64,000 nucleotides of DNA from Acidimicrobiia bacterium (GCA_965203555.1 CBDBCY010000004.1:640001-704000), one strand, 5' to 3'. Counted from the stretch's first letter, positions 50,816 to 60,429 are shown. Notes: generated by a model from the sequence alone, not told the origin. A program made the numbers and translations.

Positions 50816-52564
50816 CTAAGCCGAGCTTCGCACGGACCGCAGGTGGGAAAGGAACCGGGTTCGGGACAGGGTGTTGAGCACGTCCTCGGGGGTCGCCCAG
50901 CCGCGGCGAGCGTTGGCCGCTCCGTAGGACATTCTTTTCAGTTCCGAAACATGGTGGGAGTCGGTGGAGATGACCAGCTTCACCCCCGCATCCACCGCCC
51001 GGCGGATCACCTCCGGGGAGGCGTCCAGACGATCCAGCGCACCGTTCACCTCCAACGCCACCCCCCGAGCCGCCATCTCTTCCAACACCGGCCCCAGTTC
51101 CAACTCGATGCCCGGACGCCGCCCCAGCATCCTGCCGGTCAGATGCCCGATGACCGAGACGGATGGATCGGCCACCGCCCGAAGGAGCCTGTCGGTCTGC
51201 TGTCGGGGGGTTAGGTCGTAGTGAGAATGGATGGAAGCCACGCACCAGTCAAAACCCAGACGAAAGTCGAGATCGTAATCCAGACTTCCGTCGGCGCCGA
51301 TGTTCAGTTCACACCCGAACAGCAACTCGATCTGCGGATGGCGTTTCCCCAGTTCCCTGATCTGTCTGCGGTGAGCACCCATCTGCTCCCGTGAGAGCCC
51401 GTTGATGGCCAGATCCTCTCCGTGGTCGGTGATGGCCACGTATTCCAGTCCGGCCCTGATCGCAGCCTGCACCATCTCGGCAGGCGAAGAGCGCCCGTCA
51501 CCTGATCGATCGGTGTGAAAGTGAAGATCTCCCCGGATCTCCCCAGCCGTCACCAACCGGGGAACCCGCCGTTCCAGGGCAGCTTCCACCTCCCCGGCAT
51601 CCTCTCGAATCTCCGGCGTAAGCCAGGTCATTCCCAGCGCCTCGTAGATTTGCTCCTCGGACTCCGAAGCCACCGGCCGGTCTTCCCCCTGGGGGAACAA
51701 TCCGTATTCGTTCAGCAACTGATCCTGGGCAATCGCCAACTGGCGAAGTCGCACATTGTGGGCCTTGGAACCGGTGAAGTACAGGACTGCTGCCCCAAAC
51801 TGGGAGGGAGCAACCACTCTCACATCCACTCCCAGCCCGCCTCTGGTAAGCACCGACGTCTTGGTCTTTCCCGAAAGAAGGGTCTCTTCAACCAGGGCAT
51901 GGGTCGACACCGACTTCATCACCTCAGCCCAGGCGGTGGGGTCCGCTGCCACCACCAGATCCACGTCAGCCACCGACTCTCGGAATCGGCGGGCGCTTCC
52001 GCAGATTTCCACCGCAGTCACACCTTCCAGCCGTCCGAGGTCATGGCGGAACGTCCTGGCGATCGGCAGAGCCCTGACCAGGGGAATACGCCGGTTCTTC
52101 CCCGCCAGACCCAGCCTTTCAACGGCCCGGGTTATCTTGGCCTCGCTGGTGGGGCCCAGGCCGGGCAGATCGCGAAGCTGCTGATGCCGCAGCGCCGACA
52201 GCAGATCGTCCAATGACTCCACTCCCAGTTCCCGCCGGATCATCTTTACCGTCTTGGGCCCCAGCCCCGGTATCCGAGTCAACTCCCGGAACGCGGGGGG
52301 GTATTTGGATCGCAGCCTCTCCAGCTTGGCCACCTGACCGGTGTCGGAGAATTCGACGATGGTGGAGGCAATGCTCTTGCCGATCCCCACAATCCCCAGG
52401 ATCTGCTTTACGTCCAATGCAGCCACCTCCCCTGTCTGGCTTTCCACTGCCCGCCGAGCCCGCTCGTAGGCCCGCACTTTGAAGGACTGTGGCGAACCCT
52501 CCTCCAGAGTGGCAAGTTCGATCAACTCGTCGAGCATTGCCAGTATCTGCCGGTTTGAGACCAT
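50816..52564 (-). CDS. polX: DNA polymerase X / PHP 3'-5' exonuclease
   Basis: GSARRFRESVADVDL, YFTGSKAHN, LNEYGL, PHP motifs HFHT, TDH, STDSH. Confidence 0.95.
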   Translation of the reverse strand: MVSNRQILAMLDELIELATLEEGSPQSFKVRAYERARRAVESQTGEVAALDVKQILGIVGIGKSIASTIVEFSDTGQVAKLERLRSKYPPAFRELTRIPGLGPKTVKMIRRELGVESLDDLLSALRHQQLRDLPGLGPTSEAKITRAVERLGLAGKNRRIPLVRALPIARTFRHDLGRLEGVTAVEICGSARRFRESVADVDLVVAADPTAWAEVMKSVSTHALVEETLLSGKTKTSVLTRGGLGVDVRVVAPSQFGAAVLYFTGSKAHNVRLRQLAIAQDQLLNEYGLFPQGEDRPVASESEEQIYEALGMTWLTPEIREDAGEVEAALERRVPRLVTAGEIRGDLHFHTDRSGDGRSSPAEMVQAAIRAGLEYVAITDHGEDLAINGLSREQMGAHRRQIRELGKRHPQIELLFGCELNIGADGSLDYDLDFRLGFDWCVASIHSHYDLTPRQQTDRLLRAVADPSVSVIGHLTGRMLGRRPGIELELGPVLEEMAARGVALEVNGALDRLDASPEVIRRAVDAGVKLVISTDSHHVSELKRMSYGAANARRGWATPEDVLNTLSRTRFLSHLRSVRSSA

Positions 52565-52655
52565 GAGGGAGAACCGTAACAGGGCCGACGATCACCGAAT
52601 CCTGCAAACGAAACCGGACTTTTCGGACCGCCTGAGCCCGATGGTCGCGGCGTTG

Positions 52656-53420
52656 CTACACCCAGATATTCATCGGGTACCCTATCGGGTCGATCTCACC
52701 GGCCCCCAGACATGTCGCCTTATCTCTGACAATACGACGGGCTGACCATGCAGCCGCCGCAGCGTCGAGCGCATCGTCGAGTACTGGAGCGGGCGGACCG
52801 GGTATTTCCGTAAACAGGGCAGCCTCGACAATGCTGGGAAAGTGTTCCTCCAATAGCTTCAGACGCTGGGCAACGCCGGCTTGGCGACTCTTGTGAAAGC
52901 GCATGGGCGCCCCGTGCATTTTCTGGAAGCTCAGTTCCGGATGCACTTCCGCAGCTTGAGGTCGAGCTTGGGAACTGAAGGCGGCCAAATTCGCCAGCGA
53001 TTCTCGTACATCCCGGATCTTTGGTAATAGGGCGTAACTCTGCCTGGTCAGCCCTTTGCCCATGTCCCGGACTGAGAGTTCCTGGGCTTCTTGGTAGGTG
53101 GTGGCGTCAAGAGCCCTCAAGGATGGAGCCGAAAACACGGAAGAGGTTCGATTAGGGGGTCCTTTCAAACATTCGCGAGCTTGCTGATCGGCGAGGCGAC
53201 CCGACTGGAGCGGCAATCCGATGGGAATGTCCACCCCGACAGCCAAAAGGCCCTCATCGCACGCATGGGTCCACAAGTCAGAAAACGACCCCCACACCGA
53301 AAACTCCACCTGGGATCTGGATGCCAGACTGGTGACAGCCATGATCCATGCACCCCCTCTCACCCCGTCCACGCCACCCACTCGGCCAGCAGGGCGATCT
53401 TTGGCTCGGTTAACAGTCAA
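52656..53420 (-). CDS. DUF429 family predicted nuclease (RNase H fold)
   Basis: GGVDG..W, VDIPIGL, SSVF, EVHPELSF, DDALDA. Confidence 0.85.
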   Translation of the reverse strand: MTVNRAKDRPAGRVGGVDGVRGGAWIMAVTSLASRSQVEFSVWGSFSDLWTHACDEGLLAVGVDIPIGLPLQSGRLADQQARECLKGPPNRTSSVFSAPSLRALDATTYQEAQELSVRDMGKGLTRQSYALLPKIRDVRESLANLAAFSSQARPQAAEVHPELSFQKMHGAPMRFHKSRQAGVAQRLKLLEEHFPSIVEAALFTEIPGPPAPVLDDALDAAAAAWSARRIVRDKATCLGAGEIDPIGYPMNIWV

Positions 53421-53435
53421 GACGACGATCCGTCG

Positions 53436-53567
53436 TTAAGCAGGCACAAGGGCACCGCATACACTGAGCACCACGCCGAGAATGGTCACCACTCCGATGA
53501 AAAGGACCCACCGGTGGATCTTCTTTATATAGTCGAATATTTCCTCGAGGCGGTCTTCGTCTAACAT
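53436..53567 (-). CDS. 43-aa single-pass membrane protein (below the ORF-track cutoff)
   Basis: RBS-like AAAGGGA; MLDEDRLEEIFDYIKKIHRWVLFIGVVTILGVVLSVCGALVPA*. Confidence 0.6.
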   Translation of the reverse strand: MLDEDRLEEIFDYIKKIHRWVLFIGVVTILGVVLSVCGALVPA

Positions 53568-53609
53568 TCTTTCCCTTTCGGCGGGCTTTGACGCGACGCC
53601 AAGCGTAGG

Positions 53610-54101
53610 CTAACCGAGCGCGAGGGACGCGACTGTCGCCGCCAGAAGCGACACCAAATCGGATGGATTGATCTCGATCTGCAGTCCGCGCTTGCCGGCG
53701 CTCACCCAGATGGCCGGGTAGGTCAAGGCGGATTCGTCTACCAGCACCGGCATCTTTCGGCGCTGCCCGAACGGGCTGATCCCGCCCGGTACGTAACCGG
53801 TGAGGCGGGAAGCCTCCCTGGGAGAAGCCAAACTCACCCGCCGTGCGCCGACCGTCTTGGCCAGCTTCTTTTCGCTGAGCCGGGCATCTGCCGGCGCCAA
53901 GCCCACCATTGGTTGATCGTCGGCGAACACCACCAGGGTCTTGAACAGGCGCTTCGGCGAGACGCCCAGTTGTTCGGCCACCGCCCTCCCGTAGTCCTCC
54001 ACCGCCGCGAAATCCACCCGGTAGGAGTGCAGCCGGAAGGAAACCCCGGCCTTCTGAAGGAAAGTGATTGCCCGGGTGCCGCCTTTGCTTCTGGCGCTCA
54101 T
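53610..54101 (-). CDS. ybaK: Cys-tRNA(Pro) deacylase
   Basis: T.A..FL, LFKTLV, TGYVPGGISPFGQR, VSAGKRGL. Confidence 0.92.
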   Translation of the reverse strand: MSARSKGGTRAITFLQKAGVSFRLHSYRVDFAAVEDYGRAVAEQLGVSPKRLFKTLVVFADDQPMVGLAPADARLSEKKLAKTVGARRVSLASPREASRLTGYVPGGISPFGQRRKMPVLVDESALTYPAIWVSAGKRGLQIEINPSDLVSLLAATVASLALG

Positions 54102-54484
54102 TGTCCCTCAGGGTAGGGAATGAATTCAGCGCGGGCTTGCGCGTAGATCCTGACGTCATTCCACAACCACAGCCGGACAGGCATCTGCGTTCTCACCGAC
54201 ACCACCCTCGATTCCGGACGACGATCCACCGGACACTTGCACCATACCAGCCCGGCCCCGTTGGCCTCGGCCATCCGGCGGGCGGCCTCCCGGGGAGTCG
54301 AGGTCATGGTAAAGGTGGCCGTAGCGGCCGCCAGCGCCGCCGCGTCAGCGGCGGTCTGAGCACGGGTTCGGGCGGACAGGACAGCCGTGACGTCCAGCAG
54401 GGCCACCGCCATGACCAGGATCATTCCCACCACCACCGGCGCCAGAACCGAGATCGCCCCTCGCTCGCCTCTCTCCTGCATCAT
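54098..54484 (-). CDS. TadE/TadG-like pseudopilin (Rv3654c family)
   Basis: ERGAISV + TM + RAQTAADAAALAAA..AEANGA..C.C. Confidence 0.85.
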   Translation of the reverse strand: MMQERGERGAISVLAPVVVGMILVMAVALLDVTAVLSARTRAQTAADAAALAAATATFTMTSTPREAARRMAEANGAGLVWCKCPVDRRPESRVVSVRTQMPVRLWLWNDVRIYAQARAEFIPYPEGQ

Positions 54485-54490
54485 CAGGCC

Positions 54491-54856
54491 TCACCCTTCC
54501 CTTTGCATCACGGCCCGACTGTTGAGAACCAGGGAGAATCGGTCCAGAAGCGGTGTTACGGGACGATAACGCATCGAGACCTCCACCCGCACCGCAGCAC
54601 CTACCACCGAGGCTGCGGTGACCTCGATCCGAACCTTGTCCGTCAACCCGGGCGAAAGAGCGCCGCGCACTGCCTGGGCCGCCCGGGCGGGATCGGGATG
54701 GGTGGCCGCCACCCGAGCGCCTTCTCGGGCAGCGGCCTCCATTTCGAGACGGGTTACAGCTATGAGGAACAATTCGGCCACCGCCACCAGCACCAACAGG
54801 ATGATGGGAAGCACCAGCACCGCCTCCACCGCCAGGGAACCCTTCTCGTCACGCAT
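54491..54856 (-). CDS. tadE: TadE family pseudopilin
   Basis: KGSLAVEAVLVLP..AAAREGARVAA. Confidence 0.85.
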   Translation of the reverse strand: MRDEKGSLAVEAVLVLPIILLVLVAVAELFLIAVTRLEMEAAAREGARVAATHPDPARAAQAVRGALSPGLTDKVRIEVTAASVVGAAVRVEVSMRYRPVTPLLDRFSLVLNSRAVMQREG

Positions 54857-54870
54857 CCATCTGCCCGGTT

Positions 54871-55083
54871 CTAGAACCCGAAGCCGATCTTGCCCTTGAC
54901 GAAGTCAAGCGCCTTGCGGAAAATGGATTCCAACAGATTGTCGCCCGAACCCTTCCTTATCCATTGCACCAACACGGTGGCCACCGCCACAACCGCCAGA
55001 ACCACCAGGATGTACTCCACGGTGCCCTGACCCCGCTGATCGCGGTCGAACCAGATCATCATCCTCGTCCACAGAGCCGTCAT
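54871..55083 (-). CDS. flp: Flp-type pilin (DUF4244-like)
   Basis: RGQGTVEY cleavage motif followed by a hydrophobic helix. Confidence 0.85.
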   Translation of the reverse strand: MTALWTRMMIWFDRDQRGQGTVEYILVVLAVVAVATVLVQWIRKGSGDNLLESIFRKALDFVKGKIGFGF

Positions 55084-55145
55084 TTGTCCAGACCTCCTTT
55101 GGTCTTTGTTCCCGGCGTCCGGCCGGGGCGGGGGGAAGGGGGATT

Positions 55146-55751
55146 TCATGGGCCTGCCAGCCCGGTCAGCATTTCGGCCACCCGGGAGACCACCGGGGGC
55201 CCCACCAGGACCAGCAGGAACCCGGGGACGATCAGCAGGGTGAGAGGAACCGCCAGAGTCACCGGCAGGGAGCGAATGCGGGAGAGAGCTTCCATCCGGG
55301 TCTGGTAGTGCAGGTTGTCCACATGGGTGGTCACCGCTCGCACCAGTGAACTTCCCGATGCTTGGGCGCCTGCCATCCTTCCGAACAATTCTCCCAGATG
55401 GCCGCCGCTGGACGCCAGTGCCCGGGCCAGACCGAACTGCCTGCTTTGTCGCAGCGTCTGTGAAACTTCCATCCGAAGTCGAGGGTGAGCTTCCCGGGCA
55501 GCCATCATCAGGGAATTGGCCAGAGACAGTCCTCCGGTGAGCGGAACCACCAGCAACCGGCCGAAGCGGATGACGTCGGCCACGTCGACCGGTCGCCGCC
55601 GGGTACGCACCCGGTGCACCAACCACCAGGCCATCGCCCCCGACAACGCCAACCACCACCAACGGAACGGCAAGGCCGCCGCCCCCAACAGAGCCCAATG
55701 GCCCCGGGCGCCGACCCCGATCGAGGTGATGCTCCTAGCGCCGGTTTTCAC
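55146..55751 (-). CDS. tadC: TadC-like type II secretion F protein
   Basis: LTGGLSLANSL..SGSSL..LPVTLAVPLTLLIVPGF. Confidence 0.75.
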   Translation of the reverse strand: MKTGARSITSIGVGARGHWALLGAAALPFRWWWLALSGAMAWWLVHRVRTRRRPVDVADVIRFGRLLVVPLTGGLSLANSLMMAAREAHPRLRMEVSQTLRQSRQFGLARALASSGGHLGELFGRMAGAQASGSSLVRAVTTHVDNLHYQTRMEALSRIRSLPVTLAVPLTLLIVPGFLLVLVGPPVVSRVAEMLTGLAGP

Positions 55752-56431
55752 GGCGTAGCTCTCTTTATCAGGATCAACATCACGGCTATCCCCAGACCCA
55801 GAAGCGTTATCCCCGATAGGGTCAAGAAGGCGGAGACGGGGCTGGCGGACATGCTTCGCGCCAAGTCGCCACTGAGGATCCGATAGACGATGACCAACAC
55901 CGGGATCCCCACCACCACCACTGCCGAGGTCCTTGCCTGAGCGGTGGCTGCCCTGCGTTCCTGCCGAAGCTCGTCCTCCTCCAACGCCAGTGCGGCGGCT
56001 GCATCGAAGACCTCCGCCACCCGCCCTCCGGTCCGATCCGCCACGCGCAGCGCCGCCGCTGTCAAGGCGCCGTGGACCGGCATGGCCTCGGACAAAGCGT
56101 CCGAGATCCGATCCAAGGAGGCGCCGGACGCCACCAGCCGCCGGACCGAACGGAAGTTGAGGCGGGTTGATCGCTGACCGGCCTCGGCTATGGCGGCGCG
56201 AACGCCCTGGCCGGCCCGAAGTTCACCAGCGACCCCCAGCAACACGTGCGCCTCCTCCGAGCATCCGCCCCTTTGGTTGCGGACCCGGCGAGCATCGACC
56301 AACACCAATCCCAGCAGCAGCACCGCCACCAGCCAGGGCTGCCACAACGTGGCGGCCACCAAGGCGGCGAGACGCCAGTCCATACCGGCTGTCAACGCCC
56401 ATCCCACCAGCAGCGGCGCAAGAGCGTTCAA
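55748..56431 (-). CDS. tadB: TadB-like type II secretion F protein
   Basis: AGELRAG, ADRTGG, ATAQARTSA..P. Confidence 0.8.
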   Translation of the reverse strand: MNALAPLLVGWALTAGMDWRLAALVAATLWQPWLVAVLLLGLVLVDARRVRNQRGGCSEEAHVLLGVAGELRAGQGVRAAIAEAGQRSTRLNFRSVRRLVASGASLDRISDALSEAMPVHGALTAAALRVADRTGGRVAEVFDAAAALALEEDELRQERRAATAQARTSAVVVVGIPVLVIVYRILSGDLARSMSASPVSAFLTLSGITLLGLGIAVMLILIKRATP

Positions 56432-57468
56432 TGTTTATCCCGATTGTGTTGGATGGTCGTCACCCGGCGACGGCCATCAGTTCTTTCCACCTGTATCACC
56501 ACGTCGATGGCGGAGCGAATCTGGGCGCGGATCGCTTCGGCTGCAAGGTTGCGGGATCCCATCAGCGCCAGGGTTTCCAGCCGCCACACGGCTTCGGCGG
56601 GGCTGTTGGCGTGCAGGGTGGACATGGACCCCGAATGTCCGGTGTTGAGAGCGTTGACCAGATCGAGCGCCTCGGGACCCCGCACCTCTCCCACCACTAT
56701 CCGGTCGGGTCGAAGACGAAGGGCGGAGCGAATCAACTGCTGGAGGCTGATCGCCCCGACTCCCTCGGAATTGGCGGGACGACCTTCCAGTCGCACCACG
56801 TGACCCCGCAATCGAAGTTCCGAAGCGTCCTCCACCACCACCACCCGTTCGGTGTCATCGATCAGGCCCGACAGGACATTGAGCAAAGTGGTCTTACCGG
56901 CGCCGGTTCCACCGGATACCAACAGGTTCCTGCGCTCCCTGACGATCGAGCGGAGTTCATCGGCCTGGTCGGGCGTGACCGACCCCAGTTTCACCAGGGC
57001 CTCCAGGTCCTGGGCCTGGGGCACGAACCGGCGCACCGCCACTATCGGGTGATCTACCGCCGCCGGCGGAATTATGGCGTGAATCCGGCTGCCGTCGGCC
57101 AGACGGGCGTCCACCATCGGAGAAGCCCGATCTATGCGCAGACCCAGCGGAGCTATCACTCTCTCCACGGCCGCGGTGACGGCCTGATCGGTTCCGAATG
57201 AGATGTCTGTCTTCTGCAGTCGTCCAGCCCTTTCCACCCAGACTTCGTTGGGAGAGTTGACCAGCACATCGGTGACATCGGGTTCACGCAGCAACTCCTC
57301 CAGCGGCCCCAATCCGATCAGCGAATCCACCACCTGCTTTACGATGCCGGGTGGCGCCAGCGGGGCTTCGGTCGCCACCATCCTTCGGACGTGTTGGGTC
57401 AGACTGGCCCGGTCGGTGGGGAAATCGGACAGCAGGACCGTGTCTACCAGCCGGTCGATCAGAGCCAT
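56428..57468 (-). CDS. tadA: TadA/CpaF pilus assembly ATPase
   Basis: GLGPLE, DARLADGSR, GGTGAGKTT, LRLRPDRIVVGEVRG, NTGH. Confidence 0.95.
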   Translation of the reverse strand: MALIDRLVDTVLLSDFPTDRASLTQHVRRMVATEAPLAPPGIVKQVVDSLIGLGPLEELLREPDVTDVLVNSPNEVWVERAGRLQKTDISFGTDQAVTAAVERVIAPLGLRIDRASPMVDARLADGSRIHAIIPPAAVDHPIVAVRRFVPQAQDLEALVKLGSVTPDQADELRSIVRERRNLLVSGGTGAGKTTLLNVLSGLIDDTERVVVVEDASELRLRGHVVRLEGRPANSEGVGAISLQQLIRSALRLRPDRIVVGEVRGPEALDLVNALNTGHSGSMSTLHANSPAEAVWRLETLALMGSRNLAAEAIRAQIRSAIDVVIQVERTDGRRRVTTIQHNRDKH

Positions 57469-58025
57469 GACACGCTCCACGCTTTCTCCCACGCCCGGGT
57501 CCACCGCCGGGGAGGAAAATTCATCCCCGAAAGCATGTGATGGATGTGGGATCTGCCCAAGGGAGGCAGGAGAATCCCCCGGACCCGGGGCGTCGGACCG
57601 TGAGAAGTCGCCTGATAGACCGCCGGGCTGGTCACGGAAGGATAAAGAAAGCCGGGCAGGAGTGGAACAACCGGTACTACCGGCGTCTCCCCCACACTGG
57701 TGGGGAGGTCGAAAGAGGAACCCAGGCGGAACACCACCGCCGGCCAACCCGCCACCAAGGCCTCCACGACCTCGGCAGTCTCCAAGACGCTCACCGACCC
57801 GTTGGGAAGCACCGCCACACCCGCTCGGCGGGGACGCAAATCAGCCAGCCTGGGTTGGGAGTCCACCAGCTTGGCCAGAGATGTCGATCCCGGATAGGTG
57901 GTGGCTTCCTGGTCGAGATCCACCACCAGCGCCGTTCCCCGGGCAGCGGCCAGGCCGAGAGGCGCCAGCGCATGCAACACCGGATCCATGCCGCATCGCA
58001 CCGCCAGCACCCGATGACGCCACAC
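57459..58025 (-). CDS. degenerate Ssd/CpaE(MinD)-like protein heading the tad operon
   Basis: ALVVDLD motif and gene position; no intact Walker A; start uncertain. Confidence 0.55.
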   Translation of the reverse strand: MWRHRVLAVRCGMDPVLHALAPLGLAAARGTALVVDLDQEATTYPGSTSLAKLVDSQPRLADLRPRRAGVAVLPNGSVSVLETAEVVEALVAGWPAVVFRLGSSFDLPTSVGETPVVPVVPLLPGFLYPSVTSPAVYQATSHGPTPRVRGILLPPLGRSHIHHMLSGMNFPPRRWTRAWEKAWSVSWL

Positions 58026-58045
58026 TCTGGAAGAACTGCGATTGA

Positions 58046-58068
58046 ATAACACTGTCATACACTGTTAT
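58046..58068. promoter_or_regulatory. operator-like repeat upstream of the tad operon
   Basis: ATAACACTGTCATACACTGTTAT: ACACTGT direct repeat (10 bp period) inside an ATAACA/TGTTAT inverted repeat. Confidence 0.5.
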
Positions 58069-58137
58069 CTATCGCAAAGGGGAGAGGCTACCTGCAGACG
58101 GGAGTTTCTTTCGCGGACTTCCCCCCGGCCGTGTGGA

Positions 58138-58608
58138 CTAGGTGAGCTGGGAAACCGCCCGGACCGAGCCGCCGGCGCTCATTATTTCCCGGATAGGATC
58201 CATCAACACCTCGGCGGTGGCCGAAAGCAAAGTAGCCAGCGTCGAACGACTTATCAGAATCGGGAGGGTGACGGAGACCAGGGTGGAGCGGTCCAGGCTT
58301 CCCACCACCCAACTGTCATCCACCACCTTCACCGCTTCGGAGACCGGGCGGACGGAGACCACCGCATCGACTCCTTCCCGCAAGACTTCCCCCATCGAAT
58401 GGAACACCTGTAGCGCCCCCGGCGATTTACCGGGATCGGATGAGAACGCCACCGCCCGCACCCCCGCCGGCGCCTCCTTCATGCTCTGGCGGACTGCACG
58501 GGCGTCGATCATTACCGTACCCTGCCGCAGCGACACCAGGGGAGGGAAGAACACCATCAACCCCTCAAAGGAGCGCAGACCGGAGGAAGGCGGCAGGATT
58601 GGGGACAT
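58138..58608 (-). CDS. degenerate IspD-like protein
   Basis: AVVSVRPVSEAVKVVD..VVGSLDRSTLVSV..P resembles the IspD beta-arm; no LAAG/RxxxxK motif. Confidence 0.5.
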   Translation of the reverse strand: MSPILPPSSGLRSFEGLMVFFPPLVSLRQGTVMIDARAVRQSMKEAPAGVRAVAFSSDPGKSPGALQVFHSMGEVLREGVDAVVSVRPVSEAVKVVDDSWVVGSLDRSTLVSVTLPILISRSTLATLLSATAEVLMDPIREIMSAGGSVRAVSQLT

Positions 58609-58653
58609 GGTCACCTCGGCGCGGCTTGAGTCATCTACCCTACCTATGGGCTG

Positions 58654-59352
58654 ATGAAAAACCACGGAGGTCGGGCGGCAGGAATACTACTGGCAGGAGG
58701 GAAAGGGTCCCGCGCCCGATTCTCGGGCAACAAGGCCTACATCGACGTTGTCGGCGCCCCTATGATCAGCCACTCGCTCAGAACCTTGGATCGCTCCCCG
58801 TGGGTGGTCGAACTGGTGCTGGTTATCAGACCCCAGGATCGGCAGTTGGCCGAGAAGGTGGTTGAGCAATCGGGGATCAGCACGCCGTGGAAAATGGTGA
58901 GCGGGGGCGCGTCTCGCCATCGTAGCGAATTCCGTGGATTGGAGGCCCTGTCCGACCGGATCCGCAACGGGGGACTCGATCTGGTGGCTATTCATGACGG
59001 CGCCCGACCCTTCTTGAGTGAAAGCCTGCTGGAGGAATTGTTCCGGCTTGCGAATCGTCATGGCGGCGCGGTACCCACCATGACGATGGAAAGCCCTGCC
59101 TTCGGCGTGTCTGAGCGAGGTGACCTGATGGGCCTGACAGGTGACCGGCTGCATCGGGCGCAGACCCCCCAGGTTTTTTGGGCATCGGAACTATTGGCCG
59201 CCTATCACCTCGCCCGGGAAGCGGGATTCGAGGGGGTGGACACCGCCGAGACAGTGGAACGGTTCTCAGATTTGAAGATGAGGGCAGTGCCCGGCGATCC
59301 TGCCAATCTCAAACTCACCTTCCCCGAGGATTTTCAGGCACAGAACATTTAA
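58654..59352 (+). CDS. ispD: 2-C-methyl-D-erythritol 4-phosphate cytidylyltransferase (IspD/TarI)
   Basis: LAGGKGSR...NK, GGASRHRS, IHDGARPF, AQTPQ, NLKLTFPED. Confidence 0.9.
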   Translation: MKNHGGRAAGILLAGGKGSRARFSGNKAYIDVVGAPMISHSLRTLDRSPWVVELVLVIRPQDRQLAEKVVEQSGISTPWKMVSGGASRHRSEFRGLEALSDRIRNGGLDLVAIHDGARPFLSESLLEELFRLANRHGGAVPTMTMESPAFGVSERGDLMGLTGDRLHRAQTPQVFWASELLAAYHLAREAGFEGVDTAETVERFSDLKMRAVPGDPANLKLTFPEDFQAQNI

Positions 59353-59416
59353 GTGCCGCTGCAGCCATCCTCCTTCGGCTTTGTCTCACAGTCGGTGCGC
59401 CGCCGGGGATCGGATC

Positions 59417-59917
59417 TCAGTGACCGCCCCGTTTGACGCCGCCGTACTTCATCCGGGTGTCGCTCATGGCCGCGGCCCGGATGGTGTCGTCGCGGATACC
59501 CGCATCCACCACCTCTCCTATGAACAGAGTGTGCGTTCCCATATCCCAGGCGTATCGAACCTGGCAGTCCATGTAGGCGATGGCGTCCTCGAAGACGGGC
59601 GCTCCGGTCTTTCCGATCCTTACCGGGCGGTCATTGAGGGTCATACCTCTCCGTACGGCCGGTTTCGAGAATTTTACGAACACCCGCTTGTCGGCTGGAT
59701 CCCACAAGTTGACCGTGAAACTCCCTCCTGCACTGATCAGCCGATGGGTTACCGCGCTGTTGTCGACCCCGATACCGATCAGAACCGGTTCCATGGACAG
59801 TTGGGTGATCCAGGAGGTGGTCATTCCGTTCCAGGTCTCACCCGAGGCGGATCCCACCAGAGCCAGTGCATTGGGAATCTTCCAAGTGACCTTGTTTAGC
59901 AGTTGGTTTGAAAGCAT
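59417..59917 (-). CDS. flavin reductase family protein
   Basis: NGMTTSWITQLSMEP, TGAPV, GTHTLFIGEV, YGG. Confidence 0.9.
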   Translation of the reverse strand: MLSNQLLNKVTWKIPNALALVGSASGETWNGMTTSWITQLSMEPVLIGIGVDNSAVTHRLISAGGSFTVNLWDPADKRVFVKFSKPAVRRGMTLNDRPVRIGKTGAPVFEDAIAYMDCQVRYAWDMGTHTLFIGEVVDAGIRDDTIRAAAMSDTRMKYGGVKRGGH

Positions 59918-59937
59918 GTGTTGTATTCTGGCAGACT

Positions 59938-60423
59938 GTGCGGGTTTTGGTTTGCACTTCGGGTGTGCTTCAGGCACCGCCGGTCATCGATATTTGTGCT
60001 TCACTGGTGGGCGAAAGAGGAAAAGTTGTGATCCTCACGGTGGTCCAGGTACCCCGATCCCTGCTCAGCAAGTTCCGGCGCAAGCCACGCTCCTTCCTTT
60101 TCGAAACCCCCGAGGAGAATCCCCACCACGCCTCGGCTGAAGAGGAAGACTACATCCGCGAGCGTGGAGAGCGGGCGGTAGCCACCCTGGCAAGCGGTTT
60201 CCGGGCGGCGGGGATCGACCCGGAACTGTCCTATGTGGCCGGCCACGACTTGGCGGGGGCGATCGTTGCCCAAGCCGAGAAGATGCATGCCGACCTCATC
60301 GTCATGGGCGCCACCCGCCAGTTCTTCGAACCCGACGTGTGGTCGTCGGTGACCGCCCGGGTCAGCCGAATCTGCGAACGTCCCCTGCTGCTGATGCCCA
60401 CCAAAGGCCGCAATCCACCTTAA
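59938..60423 (+). CDS. universal stress protein
   Basis: RVLVCTSG, ILTVVQVP, AIVAQAEKMHADLIVMG, SSVTARV..PLLL. Confidence 0.85.
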   Translation: MRVLVCTSGVLQAPPVIDICASLVGERGKVVILTVVQVPRSLLSKFRRKPRSFLFETPEENPHHASAEEEDYIRERGERAVATLASGFRAAGIDPELSYVAGHDLAGAIVAQAEKMHADLIVMGATRQFFEPDVWSSVTARVSRICERPLLLMPTKGRNPP

Positions 60424-60429
60424 GACATT

